A stretch of DNA of 64,000 nt from Octopus sinensis (GCF_006345805.1 NC_043000.1:60512001-60576000); one strand, 5' to 3'. Positions 36,701-50,054 are shown, numbered from the stretch's first letter. Program-made: numbers and translations. Notes: a model not told the origin generated them from the sequence alone.

Positions 36701-38193
36701 CTGCAAAAATCAAATAAGTTTAATGTCTTCAACAAACTTTAACAGACATAATTTTGAAGGTCCCTCATGACATTTAATTAATCCTAATCCTTCCTAGTGT
36801 CAATAGGACCAGTATATAATAATACCAACTTGTGTGCCTGTACAGATGGTCAGGTTAGTCTCTTGCAGGAACATGCCTAGAAGTTTTGACAGATAGATGA
36901 ACTTTCAACTTATAAACAAGACAAATATTTATTTCCATTTGTTGATAAGAATGGGTGAATAACTCTGAGCATGTTTTAGTCTTATTTTGATCTCATCAGC
37001 GAATAATAGCCATTACCATATTGATACAGGTAAGACAATACATGATCATAACCAATGAAAATATACTGATCTTAAATTTGTTTACACCAGTGGTTCTTGA
37101 CTAAAATTTGTTGGGATCCACACAAGCAAAACAGTAAATTGGAGATCGATAGTGGTATATTAAGAGATCATGAAAACATTTTGCTAGGTTGCTAGAAATA
37201 GCTTGGTTTCTTTCTCTAACATTTTACGTAAGTTCAGCCTACGTACATAAGTTAATGCGTAATGGTATACATATTTTAAAATTTGGTCCCTAGACCTGTG
37301 GAGCCCTCAGACAAGTGCCTAGTGTGTCCATGCTTTAAGGTGATGTTGATTACAGGTAAAATAAGGATTAAATAACTTCCTGTAATTCTCTGATAGATGA
37401 AGACTTGGTTGTATGGTTGAGAAGTTTGTTTTACAAGCATGTTGCTATGTGTTCAATCCCACTAGATGGCACCTTGGATGTCTTCTACTGTGATCTTGGG
37501 TTGATCAATACCATAGGAGTAGAAGCCTCTCTTGCATATGTGTGTGTGTATGTTTATATATTTCACTGTATATTAGTGAAAGATGTAAACATTAGTGAAA
37601 AACTGGTACCCTTTGAATGAAGTCTCCTGAATACATGTAATAAAAATGAAAAATAATTCCACCACTGACTACCTCTTCCTAACCTTAAAGAAGCTTTAAC
37701 TTATAACATTCACAAGCCATCTGTATAACACACTTGAGACTTACATGTACACTATAATCTTTGTTACTCACTCAAGTAATCGATAATGATCAATTTTGAA
37801 TCAATAAAAGGCCAATATCTTAGGGAAATGTATGTAATAAACTGAACTGACTAAACAGTTTATTATTAATATCCTTAGAGAGGGTTTGCATTCTGAACTT
37901 AGAAGTGCAAAACTAAACAGATACTCTATTGTATTAGTCTGCTACTGTCCTAATCTAGGATTAAGATGATTTTTTTTACCAGAACCCCAAATCAACTTAA
38001 TCTGATGAGAGATGTATTTGGTACTGCACTAGTTTTTTACTTTAATTATTTCAGAAGGATTAGGTACAAAAATGATTGCAATAGAATTAGAACTCAAAAC
38101 AAAGAATAAAATTAAATACTTTGTAGATAACATCTTCCAGACTTCAGGTTCGGGAATATTAAAAGAGAAAAAAAAACAATCAATTTTATTTAC

Positions 38194-38316
38194 CTTGTTA
38201 TCAGTTCTAATTAAAACTTTCAGCTGTGGTGTCACTCTTTGTACTTCCAGAAGCCATTCATCAAGGTTTGTCTGAGATTCCAAGATATTATCTGGTTTAT
38301 TGCTACCTTCTTTCAA
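38194..38316 (-). CDS. IFT57: IFT57 coding exon 7: LKEGSNKPDNILESQTNLDEWLLEVQRVTPQLKVLIRTDNK
   Basis: Matches ILESTTDAAEWSLEVERVLPQLKVTIRTDNK; ttccag/gtaaat sites; 123 nt. Confidence 0.96.
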
Positions 38317-38556
38317 CTGGAAATAGAGTAAGATATATAACCACTTGTACAGTTTTACTTGCATCAGATATTAACCTAAAATAATAATAAAAAAGATTTT
38401 CTTTTTTTAATTAGAGAGACATTATGTTCATGGCCTTTGCAAGCCCTCCAAGGGATATGAGACCTGCATGGTTAAAATTCCTATTGAACAGGTGAAAGTC
38501 AAAAGTGGCAAGAAAACCATTGATAGGAACAAAGTAAAGGGGCTATTCTGGGGAAA

Positions 38557-38844
38557 TCTTTATATATAAAAGTGAAGTTGTGTGTCTGTCTCCTACGATT
38601 TAGATTCCTAACTACTCCCACATTTTGCAGTGCGGTTTAACCAAAAGCGGGTATCTTATAGTCGTCATTCATATCGAGCCCTTCTGGGTATTAGTGCGTG
38701 TCTACAATGAGTCTACGATTTACCATAATTTCTTTCCCATTTTTAATGCATTTTTTGGCTATTATATAAGGGAAGTAACTCTCTAAAAATGCTTATATAG
38801 TTATTTCCCTTACAAACCTGAGCAACGCCTGGCGATACTGCTAG
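38557..38844 (+). mobile_element. Non-autonomous Helitron
   Basis: A|TC 5' end (TCTTTATATATAAAAG), subterminal GC hairpin at approx. 38817-38832, CTAG|T 3' end, no TSD. Confidence 0.8.
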
Positions 38845-39239
38845 TACTGAATATAGTAGCTAGTGTGGGTCCTGTGAAAGTGGACAAAATATGGGTGGCA
38901 AGAGACAAGTAAGGAGTTTCTGAATGGAGGTGGCACAAGATCATCAAGATCTGAAGAGTAGAGGCCACTGTAGTTATGCTAAAAAAAAACAGAGAGATGA
39001 AGCTGCATATCAGTAAGCTTTCTTCCTTCAGATGCAATCTGTAATGTCTATAGCAGCAGCAACAGCAATACTTCCACTAATGTGGAAAGAGTACTTCAGG
39101 GCAGGTTTTGAGCTTTATAGAAGGGGATGAGGTGAGGGATGGGGAAAGGAAATGAGCTGAAGTGGAAGGTTATACTTGGTGATACATAGATGCTATGTTG
39201 AGAATACATGTGCAACAGAAGAAATCTGCAGTGAGAGTG

Positions 39240-39545
39240 AGGGCCCAACAATTTTTTCTCCAATAGTATATAGTGGTGCACTTATCTACAGCCAGTTTGA
39301 TTTGTCAGTCAGTAATCAGTTGCTGCATTGCTTCTAGGTCAGATTTCTGAAAAGATCTAAAGCATGTAGGATCCATTCCTTTTTTTCTCAAGGTACACTT
39401 CAGTGTCATCTACATATTTTAACATAGCATCATGCTTAAGTTGGTATCTATTTTATTAATATATGCAACAAACAACATGGGTCCAAGAACAGATCCCTTT
39501 GGGATGCCAGATGTCATTGCATAGGGTGCAGAATGTTGCCTTATA
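39240..39545 (-). mobile_element. Decayed CR1/L2-like RT fragment
   Basis: TSGIPKGSVLGPMLFVAYIN...YVDDTEVY...DLEAMQQ...KLAVDKC. Confidence 0.7.
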
Positions 39546-39974
39546 AGGGTTGTGAAATGGCAAAATTGGTAGAGGACTTGACAAAATACACAGTAATATT
39601 TGGTTACATTCTTCTATGTTCCAAGTTTAAATCCTGTCAAAGTTAACATTGCTTTTTATCTTTCTGGAGTCAACATAGTAAGTATCAATCAAGTACTAGG
39701 GGTGGACATTATAGATTGTTTCCTTCTCCCAAATTGTGAGACCTTGTGGCTATAGAATAATCCATTCCAGAGCCGTTTGCTAACCAAATTGTTCCTCACA
39801 GGAATAATCCATTCCAAGCTAAACCCATATTCCACATAAAGGAATTAAATTATGTTTTAATTGTCCAACCTTCAAAAGTAAACAAAATGTTATTTTCTTT
39901 GTAAAATATGAAAATATGCAAGCCACATGAAATGTGTAGATGGACATTAACAAACCAGTGGAATTCTGGTCTAA

Positions 39975-40450
39975 GCACTCCATATAATATTTCATAAATT
40001 TATTTTGGGATTTTCAAACTTACGTTCCACACACAGCAATTCTTACAATTATGCAAAAAAATGTTTGATAATTTTTTTTAATCCAAAAATTTCCAGTGTT
40101 TTTGAATTTTTAAAAAAGTCAGAGTTTAAAATATGGACAGTTCAAATTTTTTGCTTAAATCCCAGCAATGAAACTACCCTTGGGTGCATCATCATTCCAT
40201 TAAATGTGTTTATGGAGAGAAAAAATATTGAAAAACATCAATACATTTTAGAGTGACTAAGAAATGAGGAAGGTATCAGGTGGTCGTGGAATGTGCTAAA
40301 AACACCAGGTAAATCACCTTCACACACAAAAAAGTTTTTTCCTTTTTTTTTTGCATAATTGTAGGTATTCCTCTGTGTAGAACACAAATTTGCAAAGCTT
40401 TTCTGAAAATTCCACAAAATAAAAAGTTATGAGAGGTTATATGGGATGCT
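39975..40450. mobile_element. Old MITE with approx. 95-bp imperfect TIRs and (C/T)TAA flanks
   Basis: GCACTCCATATAA...ACAATTATGCAAAAAAA versus the inverse at 40345-40450. Confidence 0.6.
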
Positions 40451-42689
40451 TAAACCAGAATTCTACCAACAAACCATTTGCATACATTCTCCCAGCCACT
40501 ACATGTGTGTATAGTCTATTCATATTTTGTTGTTCAAATATCAGCTTGTTAAGCAAATTAGCTCTCCTCTCATGTGTGTGTGCGTGTGTGTATAATGGGT
40601 GGGTGGTGGGTCTACTTGTGTGCTGTTGATCAAACCACAGCACATTATGTGAATTTTTCTTCAGAAAAACTGTTTGTTATTCAATTTGTTCATATAGAGA
40701 ACTGTCCATATATGGTTACCCCACTGCATTAGAAATGAATTTATAAACAGATTGAATGGAAACTATGTAGGGTAAAGAATAATCATTAGTCATGTTGATG
40801 ATAACCTCTCAGGTTCTTGTAGCAAAATAAAATGTATCCAGGGGCAGGCATGGCTGTGGGATAAGAAGCTTCTTTCACAACCATATTGTTCCAGGTTCAG
40901 TCCCACTGTGTGGCACCTTGGGCAAGTGTCTTCTACTCTAGCCTTGGGCTGACCAAAGCCTTGTGAGTGGATTTGGTAGATGGAAACTGAAAGAAGCCTG
41001 TCATATATATATATATGTGTGTGTGTGTGTCTTTGTGTGTATGTTTGTTTCCCATCACTACCAGATGATTACTGTTGGTGTGTTTATGTCCCTGTAACTT
41101 AGTGGTTTGGTTAAAGAGACAAATAGAATAGGTACCAGGCTTAAAAAGAAAATAAGTAGTGGGATTGATTAGTTTGACTAAATTCCTCAAGGCAGTGCCC
41201 CAACATGGCCACAGTCTAATGACTGAAACTAATAAAAGAAAGTAAAAGGAAGTCCATGTTGTAAAGTGGTTGACTATAAAAGGGGCATCTAACCATAGAA
41301 ACAATGCCAAAAATAACAATACACAACTAAATTTGCTGGAGTTTTTTTCTACTGTTGCTGAGCAACATCAACTTGGCAAGAAGCAAGATGATGTGACACT
41401 TGTCCAACCCACATTAGGATGGTAAAACAGATGTATGACTATGATGGTGAGGATGTTAAGAAAGATGAAACTAAGCCAATGTAAGTGAAGATATCTCTGC
41501 AGGAGATTTATATTTAACTACTGTGATTCACACTTTAATATTGATTTGATTATTCAATAGCATGTTAGGCAAAATGCTTAGTGGCATTTCATCTGTCTTT
41601 ATATTCTGGGTTCAAATGCTGCTGGGGTTGAATCTGCCTTTCATCCTTTCAGGGTCGATAAAATAAGTAACAAATGAGCACTGGGGTTAATCTAATTGAC
41701 TTTGCCCTTCCTCCAAAATTGCTGGCCTTGTGCCAAAATTTGAAGCCAATATTGATTTCATTATGACAGATGATGGTTACAAAGCCAACTGAAGTGGGCC
41801 CAATGCATTCTTTTTTTTCTTTATTTCAGTCCTGTGCTGTGCTGCATATTCATTCATTCTTAGGTGGTTTTGTAGTGTATTTGGGAGAAAATGTCACCAT
41901 GTAACCCTTCTTACAGCACAATTTAATAGCAGATTCTAAGAGATGTAGACAGATATTTATACGCTTCACAAATTGGATGACAAGTTACCAAGACTTCTGG
42001 TGGTTTGCTGTGCTTGAGAAGACACTTCAAGCTAAGTAAAAGCATGGTCGTCCTTGTATGCAGGCATGTCACCTGCATCCTTCTTCAGGCTCATGGGTAC
42101 TATTTTTATATAAAAAAAACCACCTATGTCAGTGCCACATAAAAACACTTGTGCTGGTGCTACGCTGCATAAAAGCACCCACTACAGAGAGAAGAATCGA
42201 CTCCAGCACTTGACTGGCACCTTATTCATTGACCCCTGGGTTGATAAAAAGCAAAGTTAACATCAGTGGTATTTGAAGTGAGAGTACAGAGGGTTGGAAC
42301 AAATCCTATGCTCTAATGGTTCTGCCAGTTCTTCTACAGTTACTTATAAACCCCAGAGAAGATAAAGGCATAACTGACATCAGCAGGATTTGAACAAATG
42401 CAGGAGAATATTTAATCTGGTGTTAAAGCAATCCAAATTTTAATATTCATCAATAACATAGGCACAAAGCTTCACATTTTAGAGGGAAAACGGTATAGAT
42501 GATTTTTATCAACCCCAATATTTCATTGGCGCTTTATTTTATTGATCTTAGAAAGATAAAAAGGCTTTGATGAGATTTAAAGTTAGAATGTAAAAAGAGT
42601 AACTATATACAGCAAACTATTTTGTCTGATGTCAAAATAATTCTGCAATTCACTGACCTTAATTTTCATTTTAATATCACCTTTATTTA

Positions 42690-43125
42690 AGAGGGTGAGC
42701 TAGCAGAATCATTAGCACAATGGGAAAAATGCTTAGTGGTATTTCATCCATTTTTATGTTCTGAGTTCAAATTCCACTGGGGTCGACTTTGCCTTTTATC
42801 TTTTCAGGGTTGATAAAATAAGTACCAGTTGAGTACTGAGGTAAATCTAATTGACTTAGCCCCTTTCCTGAAATTGCAGGCCTTGTGTCAAAATCTGAAA
42901 CCAATATTACTTTTCTGCAAGCTGGCAGAATTGTTAGCACACTGGGCAAAATGCTTAGTAACATTTCATCTGTCTTTACGCTCTGAGTTCAAATTTTGCT
43001 GAGGTCGACTTTGCCTTTCATCTTTTCAGGGTCAATAAAATAAGTGCTAGTTGAGCACTGAGGTGGATGTAATTGACTTAACCCCACCCCTATCTTGCAT
43101 GCCTTGTGCCAAAATTTGAAACTAA
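42690..43125 (+). mobile_element. SINE family B, two tandem copies (others approx. 34745-35215 -, 36270-36380 -, 41570-41750 +, 42190-42660 -, 51325-51545 +, 51840-52000 -, 58430-58610 -, 62140-62350 +)
   Basis: GGTGAGCTGGCAGAA head, GAGTTCAAAT B box, central GCCTTTCATCCTTTC.GGGTCGATAAAATAAGTACCAG domain. Confidence 0.85.
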
Positions 43126-43131
43126 TTTTAC

Positions 43132-43212
43132 CTTTGATTCTTTGAGGGATTGTAAATTATCTAATCTCATCAGAGGTTCTTCATCAAAATCATCACCAGC
43201 ATCAGCTTCATC
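43132..43212 (-). CDS. IFT57: IFT57 coding exon 6: DEADAGDDFDEEPLMRLDNLQSLKESK
   Basis: Acidic linker at the expected position; cttgtag/gtaaaa sites; 81 nt, keeps frame. Confidence 0.85.
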
Positions 43213-43254
43213 CTACAAGAAATAGAAAATGAGAAAAAAGATGTAATTAAATAA

Positions 43255-43443
43255 AATATCTAGCCCAAATATTCTACCTGTTTTATGTTCAAACTTGCCA
43301 GATCCAACCTCTTATACTTACAGTGCAATGTCATTCTAAAAATAAACAGTCACATTATTGAAATCTCAAAGCTATGAAATAAGCTATGATTAATTCAAAA
43401 CAATATGAATAAATAAGCATTAATCTGAATGCTAAAGGGTCAA
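43255..43443 (-). mobile_element. piggyBac-like MITE fragment (same family as 1482-1690 and 10845-10897)
   Basis: Family ends in ...ATGCTAAAGGG|TTAA (TTAA target, CCC terminus). Confidence 0.55.
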
Positions 43444-43759
43444 TACTGCCTCATTTGTGCATACTAAATTTTTATTCAGGCAGGCAGCTATCTGCAACAT
43501 CAGTGAATGCTTTGGTCACTATTTCCTGTCTTGGAAATGATGAATTCTCATCCAAGCATGTGGATGGCTGCAAGTTCACATTACTGAAAGGGTCCAAAAA
43601 GGCTGAAATGCATCAGTTGATCTTGTTGGTTACTGTTGGGGTAACCTTTTGTTTCATTTTGATATTTGTTATATTTTTAACACAGCACACTTATAAGGGA
43701 TGTCATCTCAGGACAAATACCACAGTAACAAGTCAATCAATGGTGTTTGTACATTATGT

Positions 43760-44470
43760 ATGATACACATCATCATTCTTCATGCTGGCATGGGTTGGAC
43801 GGTTTGGGAGCTGGAGAGCTGCCTAAGATCCATTTGTCTGATTTGGCAGGGTTTCTATGGCTGGATGCCCTTCCTAATACCATACACTTTACAGAGTGTA
43901 CTGAGTGCTTTTAACATGGCAGTGGTATGGGTATTTTTATGTGGAACCAGCATGAGTGCTTTTAAGTGACCCCAGCACAAGTGCTTTTACATGGCCCCAG
44001 CACCTCCAATCCTGCAAGAGTAGGATCTCTCAGCTGAGAGAGAGATGTAGAGGACATGCTTGTATGTATGGATGGCTATGATTTTACTTAGCTTGACATA
44101 TCTTCTCAAGCACAGTAAACTGCCAGAAGTCTCAGCCCCCCGTCATCTCTTCTGTGTGGTTCAACATCTGAAGATCCTTTCTTATCACTTTGTCCCAACA
44201 TCTTCTTGGGTCTACCCCTTCAACACATTCCCTCCACAATTAAAGATTGACACTTTTTGATGCAGCTATCCTCATCCATACACATCACATTACTATACCA
44301 TTGCAGTCTTCCTTGCACATTACATCTGATGCTTTGTATACTCAGTTTTTTTTCTCAAATCACACTTTGTATTACATGCATATTGACATTATCCATCCAG
44401 TGGAGCATGCTGGCTTCATTTCTTTCAAGCATTTGCATGTCCTCAGTGGTCACAGCCTATGTTTCACTAC
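43760..44470 (-). mobile_element. RTE LINE 3' fragment
   Basis: Reverse complement of ORF C-terminus plus conserved tail. Confidence 0.65.
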
Positions 44471-45141
44471 CATGTAGCATAATACTGCCTATATTGCATA
44501 TGCTGGATTTTTATTCAGCTGTGTAGTATTTGCAACATAGGTGAATGTTTTATTCAGTTTCCTATATTATAGGTAATCCTTAGTCAAGCTGTGCTACTGT
44601 AGGGCAGATTGAAACAAACTTTACAGACATTGTAATAGGGCTGGGCAGGCATTTTCCCTGTTTTGTGGCTATGGAGAAAGAGGTTGTGAGATGGATGACA
44701 CTGAAAAAATTGAGGATAGACACTGTTCTCTTTATTTTAGCCCTTATCAACATTTTAAGTTCCACTTGAAAAGTAAAGTGAAAATTGTGAGGGAAGTGTC
44801 CTCCTCTAGTGAATTTATCAAAGGGTGAGTGATTGTAGGGAAAATGATAACAGAGAAAAGAACACCCCAAAGTATGTGCTTGTAGATCACAGAACAACAT
44901 TTGGGAGACGGCACATGTGGTTAGTGTGGTATTAAATCAGTAGGTTACTTTGCTTGCCCAAGCTGGAGGCTCAGAGGACTGTATCATCCATATATTCATA
45001 CATTTTGTATAAGATGTACATTTTCCATCCTATACCTTGCAAAAGTTTTTCCTTTCCATCCAATTCTATATAAATCATTGATGTCATTATCATTATCAAA
45101 TATGCTAATACTTAAAGAACATTTTGGTGACAAGTACTTAC

Positions 45142-45238
45142 AACAATACCATCCTCTTCCATCTTATTGAGATCCAGTTCCATATCCTCAGCCATTATAA
45201 TAATTTCTTCATCTTCCTCTTCTTCAGGATAAATTGGT
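45142..45238 (-). CDS. IFT57: IFT57 coding exon 5: (K)PIYPEEEEDEEIIIMAEDMELDLNKMEEDGIV
   Basis: Matches RPIYPVEELEEE...AELTLNKVDEE; tttag/gtaagt sites; 97 nt, phase 2 to 0. Confidence 0.92.
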
Positions 45239-46302
45239 CTAAACAACACAAAGTTATAACAAAATTCAGACTAAAATTATATTTGTTCTTGGATTAATTA
45301 TTCCTTCATTTCAGTAAAACACAAATTCTTTTTTTTTTCCACATTCAATACACACACATACAAGCTTATTTTGATTATATGGGGATAAAGCCTTTTCAAT
45401 AACAATACCCAGTTGTTAATATTAATCTGGGGGAGAGTTTAGCTGCCACTAATTTTGATAATAATTACTGATTGGTAACATTATCCATGATTATAAGTGG
45501 CTTCAATTGAGTGAATGTGCATGAATACACATACGTACAAAATGCTACCATGATGCTATTGGTTTTGAACTGATAATGTAAAAAGATATAACCAAATATC
45601 ATTAATCAGTTTAATCCATATGACCAACAGTATATCTTGGTCTTGTTAGGACAATTCTGCTTTGAATTCTATAGCATACCCACTTCTGCCAAAGCCAACC
45701 AGTGATAATCTTGCAATTGAGTCCATACCCATACATGATTGAACAATCACCTCCTTAACCAGAAGTTATGCCTGTGCAGGAAGGGTATCCAGCCATAAAA
45801 ACCAAGACAAAACTGACTGGAGCCCAGTGCAGCACTCTGGCTTACCAGCTTCAGTTAAACTGTCATACTCATGCTAGCATGGAAAACAGACAATAAATGA
45901 GGATGATGATGATGATATGGTCACAGTTGAAATGTGTTTGCTCACAGGGATGCTTGATTGGAGCTGGTTTGGAGCTAAAGAAAAAAACTGTATTTTTCCC
46001 CCCATTTTTCTCATTAGCCAAAATTATGATGAATTAGGTATGCAAGTTATTCCAAATTATTTCACTATCCATCCCTGTGAATTAGATATTTGAAGAAATA
46101 GCCATTGCACGTCTTAGTGAGGTGGATGTGGTTGATGTTCAGCTTGAAATCTGAAGATCAATATTTGGTGAGAAAATATGAACAAAAATGGGAATTTCAG
46201 AGGGTTACGAATTATGAGGGGAAGAATCAGAGTGAGGTCAAAAACAGACTTTAATAACTGTAATTTCTACTATCTTGCAAAACTGGTATTGTAGATACTT
46301 AC

Positions 46303-46421
46303 TTTGCCCATTTGAAATTTTGCCTCTTTAATGCTTCATCAGCCAGACGATTGAGTACATAAATACAATGTTCACCACAACCTTGCTTTAATTTTGAAGG
46401 GGCAAAGTTCAGTGTGTAACC
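46303..46421 (-). CDS. IFT57: IFT57 coding exon 4: GYTLNFAPSKLKQGCGEHCIYVLNRLADEALKRQNFKWA(K)
   Basis: Matches FPPSKLKSGYGEHVCYVLD...EEALK...FTWK; tttag/gtaagt sites; 119 nt, phase 0 to 2. Confidence 0.95.
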
Positions 46422-46557
46422 CTAAATAGAATAATATTCTATCAGAAAGGTTTTTCAGTTAAAATGAAAATGCTCTCAGTACAAATTAGAGATAAAATTA
46501 ATTATTATTCATTACAATCATTAACAAATAAATATGATTATATACATACATATATAT

Positions 46558-46892
46558 ATATTGTATAAAAGATCGTGGGTAAGGCCAAAACAATGTTAAG
46601 TAAATGCAAGATAAATCACAAGAAAACAAATATATGAATTAATGTAGACTTAGTTTGTATTCAATATTTCGGGGTTATGACCCTATTTTCAAGAAAATAA
46701 ACGAATGTTGCCTATGTGCATGTATGTGAGCTCACATGCTCTCTCACACACGCACATTGGCAACATTCGTCATAACCCAAAAATATTGAATACAAGCTAA
46801 GTCTACATTAATTCACATATTTGTTTTCTTGAGATTTACCTTGCATTTACTTAACATCGTTTTGGCCTTACACACGATCCTTTATACAATAT
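46558..46892. repeat. Approx. 335-bp palindrome in an IFT57 intron
   Basis: Arms inverse-match at high identity apart from a 20-nt indel (46680-46700). Confidence 0.9.
46654..46701 (-). ncRNA. Non-canonical minimal hammerhead-like motif (U3-A8 core)
   Basis: Minus strand UUUAUUUUC-UUGAAAA-UA-GGGU-CAUA-ACCC-C-GAAA-UAU-U-GAAUACAAA; stem I 7 of 9 pairs, palindromic AUAU stem III. Confidence 0.4.
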
Positions 46893-48315
46893 ATTCTACA
46901 CAATGCTTCATAGTAATATATATATACATACACACCACACATATATACATATATATATACACACAGACATATACAGGAAATGTGTTCCTCCACCCCCCCC
47001 CCCTTCTATCCTTTTCCATCTACCACTCTCTCCATCTTGAAGCATGCACTAAAGAGTCTTCATCAGATTTGCATGTACCATACACATTCTCCCACCCATC
47101 TGTTTGGTCTTGGCTTTCATTATTCCCGCTTGCCATTTATTCATCTTTATACTCTATACCAGTGGTACCACAATAAAGTTCACCCAGTACACTGTTAAAT
47201 GAGGGATTGAGAAGATATTTTAGCCTTGTTAAAGATGAAACAACCTCTGTAGTGCTGGGGTCACAAAAAGTGCACTTAGTATACTTTGTAAAGTTGTTGG
47301 TATCAGGAAGGGCAACCAGCTGTAGAAACCAAGCCAAAAATGAAACTTATGTGCAAAATATATTCCTCCAATCTATCTAAGAGAGCAGTAATGACTCATC
47401 CAAACTATGCCATCATAGAAAGATTATGTAAAATGATGACAATGATGATGGCAAAAACCAGCATCATCATCATTTTACAATGCTTTCTATGTTGGCAGGT
47501 TGTCAGATCTATTCTTACTAGGAGCCAGTGTCTTTGTAGGTGCTTTGCTGGTATGTTTCATTTATGGCTTGGTTTCTATAGCTTCCTTTCACCAACCAGT
47601 TTATAAAGGGCATAAGCTATATTTTATTGTAGTACCAGCACCCATTGTTATCACTTTGGGAAGACAAGACTAAATAAAGGGTCCTCTCAGCTCTGCTTTC
47701 TTCCCTTGTTCACCAACCACTTTACAAATTGTACAGGGTGCATTTTATAATGATACCAACACAAAAGGAGCTTTGAACATGAAAAGAGCAGAGAGTAGTC
47801 ACTACTCTAAGATGTGTATGTTTGTTAGAGGCAACATGATTGTGAAGGAGAAAAAAGAATGACAGAAGAATAAGCAGGATGAGTGAATGAAGAGAACAAC
47901 AAATATGATCATAGAAGCAAAGGGTTAATGATTAATGACTGGGAGTACACAAAGGCTTCAGAGTATTAGATACAAATGGGTCCAATACAGTTTCTTATGT
48001 ACACAGACTTCATGATGGGCAAAACAGGTAGAGTAATGATGGTGGTAAGGTTGAATGTAGGTGAGTCTTGTCCATCTGTTGTTATAAAATGGCATAAGTG
48101 ACACAGGAATGAATGAAGGATGGGTGCGTATGCTTGATGAGAATAAAACTAGGGTTAGCAAAACACTGTGATGGCATACAGCTCTGGGTAGTATGGAGTA
48201 GTTAAGGATTTTGCCTTGCAATCATGAGGTTCTGCATTTGATCACAATGTGTGGAATCTTAAGTGAGTGCCAATTACTATAGTCATGGATTGAACCAAAT
48301 ATTGTGAATGAAAAG

Positions 48316-48319
<4 letters not shown>

Positions 48320-48388
<69 letters not shown>
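48320..48388. repeat. (GA)n microsatellite (also 4089-4150); many (TA)n tracts; (ACT)n/(AAT)n at approx. 36155-36230
   Basis: Directly visible. Confidence 0.95.
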
Positions 48389-48391
<3 letters not shown>

Positions 48392-48826
48392 AGGTTACAA
48401 ATATATAGATGCTGTTGATACATAATTACAGGGGATAGGCTACTGGTACACAGACGAATTTTCTACACTAAGATCTATATATTTGAATTGTTTAACTTTA
48501 TTAAAAATACGGAATGTGTTCATGCTGGATTTATAACTACAAAATCATCACCATATTTCAAGTGTTTATGCAAATGACAACTATGACACATCTGACTTGA
48601 TTTAAACATGTTCTTTCGAACATATAATTTCAATCTGTTATTCAAATCATCTTAAATTTCATTATCATATGTTTTTAGATCTACCAAAAGCTTCAACTTT
48701 AATCATGAAGCAGCAATTACAAAAACTACCTCTGCAAATTATTTTTATTTTTTCATTTACATTTTAACGTTGTACAAAGAATATATTTGAAATTCTGAAA
48801 TTTAAAAATAAAATGTGTAGGCTTAC

Positions 48827-48880
48827 AAAATCTCGTACAACTTCCAGAATACTTGATATTGTTGCATTTGGGTCATCTTT
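48827..48880 (-). CDS. IFT57: IFT57 coding exon 3: KDDPNATISSILEVVRDF
   Basis: DDPNATIS motif; cttgtag acceptor and gtaagc donor; 54 nt, phase 0 to 0. Confidence 0.95.
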
Positions 48881-50054
48881 CTACAAGAAAATCAGTAGAA
48901 ACAAAACTTTTCATTTAATATTTATAGAATAAAAATAAGAATCAAAATGTGAACGCCTCAGCAAAAATGAATAAACGGTTAAGAATTCTCAAAGAATCTT
49001 GGAGAGGATGCTGGTATGACTTATATGATTTATCGCTATCCTCTCCAAGACATTATACTTTTCTTTATAAACTGTTAATCGTAATTGTTACGATAAAATT
49101 CCTTTACTCATTAATCACACTTTCAATCTCATCATAAAACAAGTACAAAGGGAGGTAATGCTAAGATTATTAATAAAACTTCAAATCTGACTGCAGTATC
49201 AGTGACTGAGTCACATATCTGTGATGAAACTTTTTGACATATTTTAACAGTGTTTCCTAACCAAAGTTCCTTGAAAACATAGGTTTCTTCAAGCGATTAC
49301 AAGTGGTCCCAAAGAAATAGTGATAAATAGGTTAATTATTATTTGCAAATGCATTTTTGTGTTCAATTCTATTTCCATAATTTCATAATACACATACTCC
49401 TTAAGTAGAGAAATCCTGGCATCTATACATAGTATGGAGAACCGAGGAGAAAAATGACCTCTTAGTAGCGAATTATGGGGGAATTTGATTACAGTTTTGG
49501 TTAAAATTAAATTTTTTAAAGCTTCTTTACGGCACCTAATGGATTTAGCACCATGAAAGCTTTCATAGACAGTTTTATGATTTATGTAATATCGCATAGA
49601 ATTTAAATTTATGAACGAAAAAGAAAGAGATTAATAAAGATATATAAAAGTTCTTATATAGGATTTCCTGGAGACATGGAATCTATTTCACCAGTTACCC
49701 AGGAATGAAAAAATGGTTGGGAAACAATACGGAATACTCACAAAAAACGCTAAGTGAACTTAATTGTGTATATGTTTAAATGGTAACCATGAGTTTTCCA
49801 TGATGTAATTAATTAAGATATAATTGTATCTCTTTCAGTTTCAACCAATATTTTGTTTATAGCATCATTCAGGCAAACTACCTGAAATTTAAGAAGAATC
49901 CAAGGTGCTGACTGTGAAAAGGTTGCACATAGAACTCTATAATGCTATTACTTCTATTGGGTAATGTTTCTGGCCACATATTGACAATACCACTGTAATC
50001 AATTCTCAGTCCAAACAACTGATATGAATGAGGGAAGAAATAGTAATCAAATAC

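Noticed and set aside
42030-42092. Minus-strand CUGAAGA followed by a 7-bp hairpin
   Set aside because: No GAAA or NUH after the stem; lies in an RTE 3'UTR fragment.
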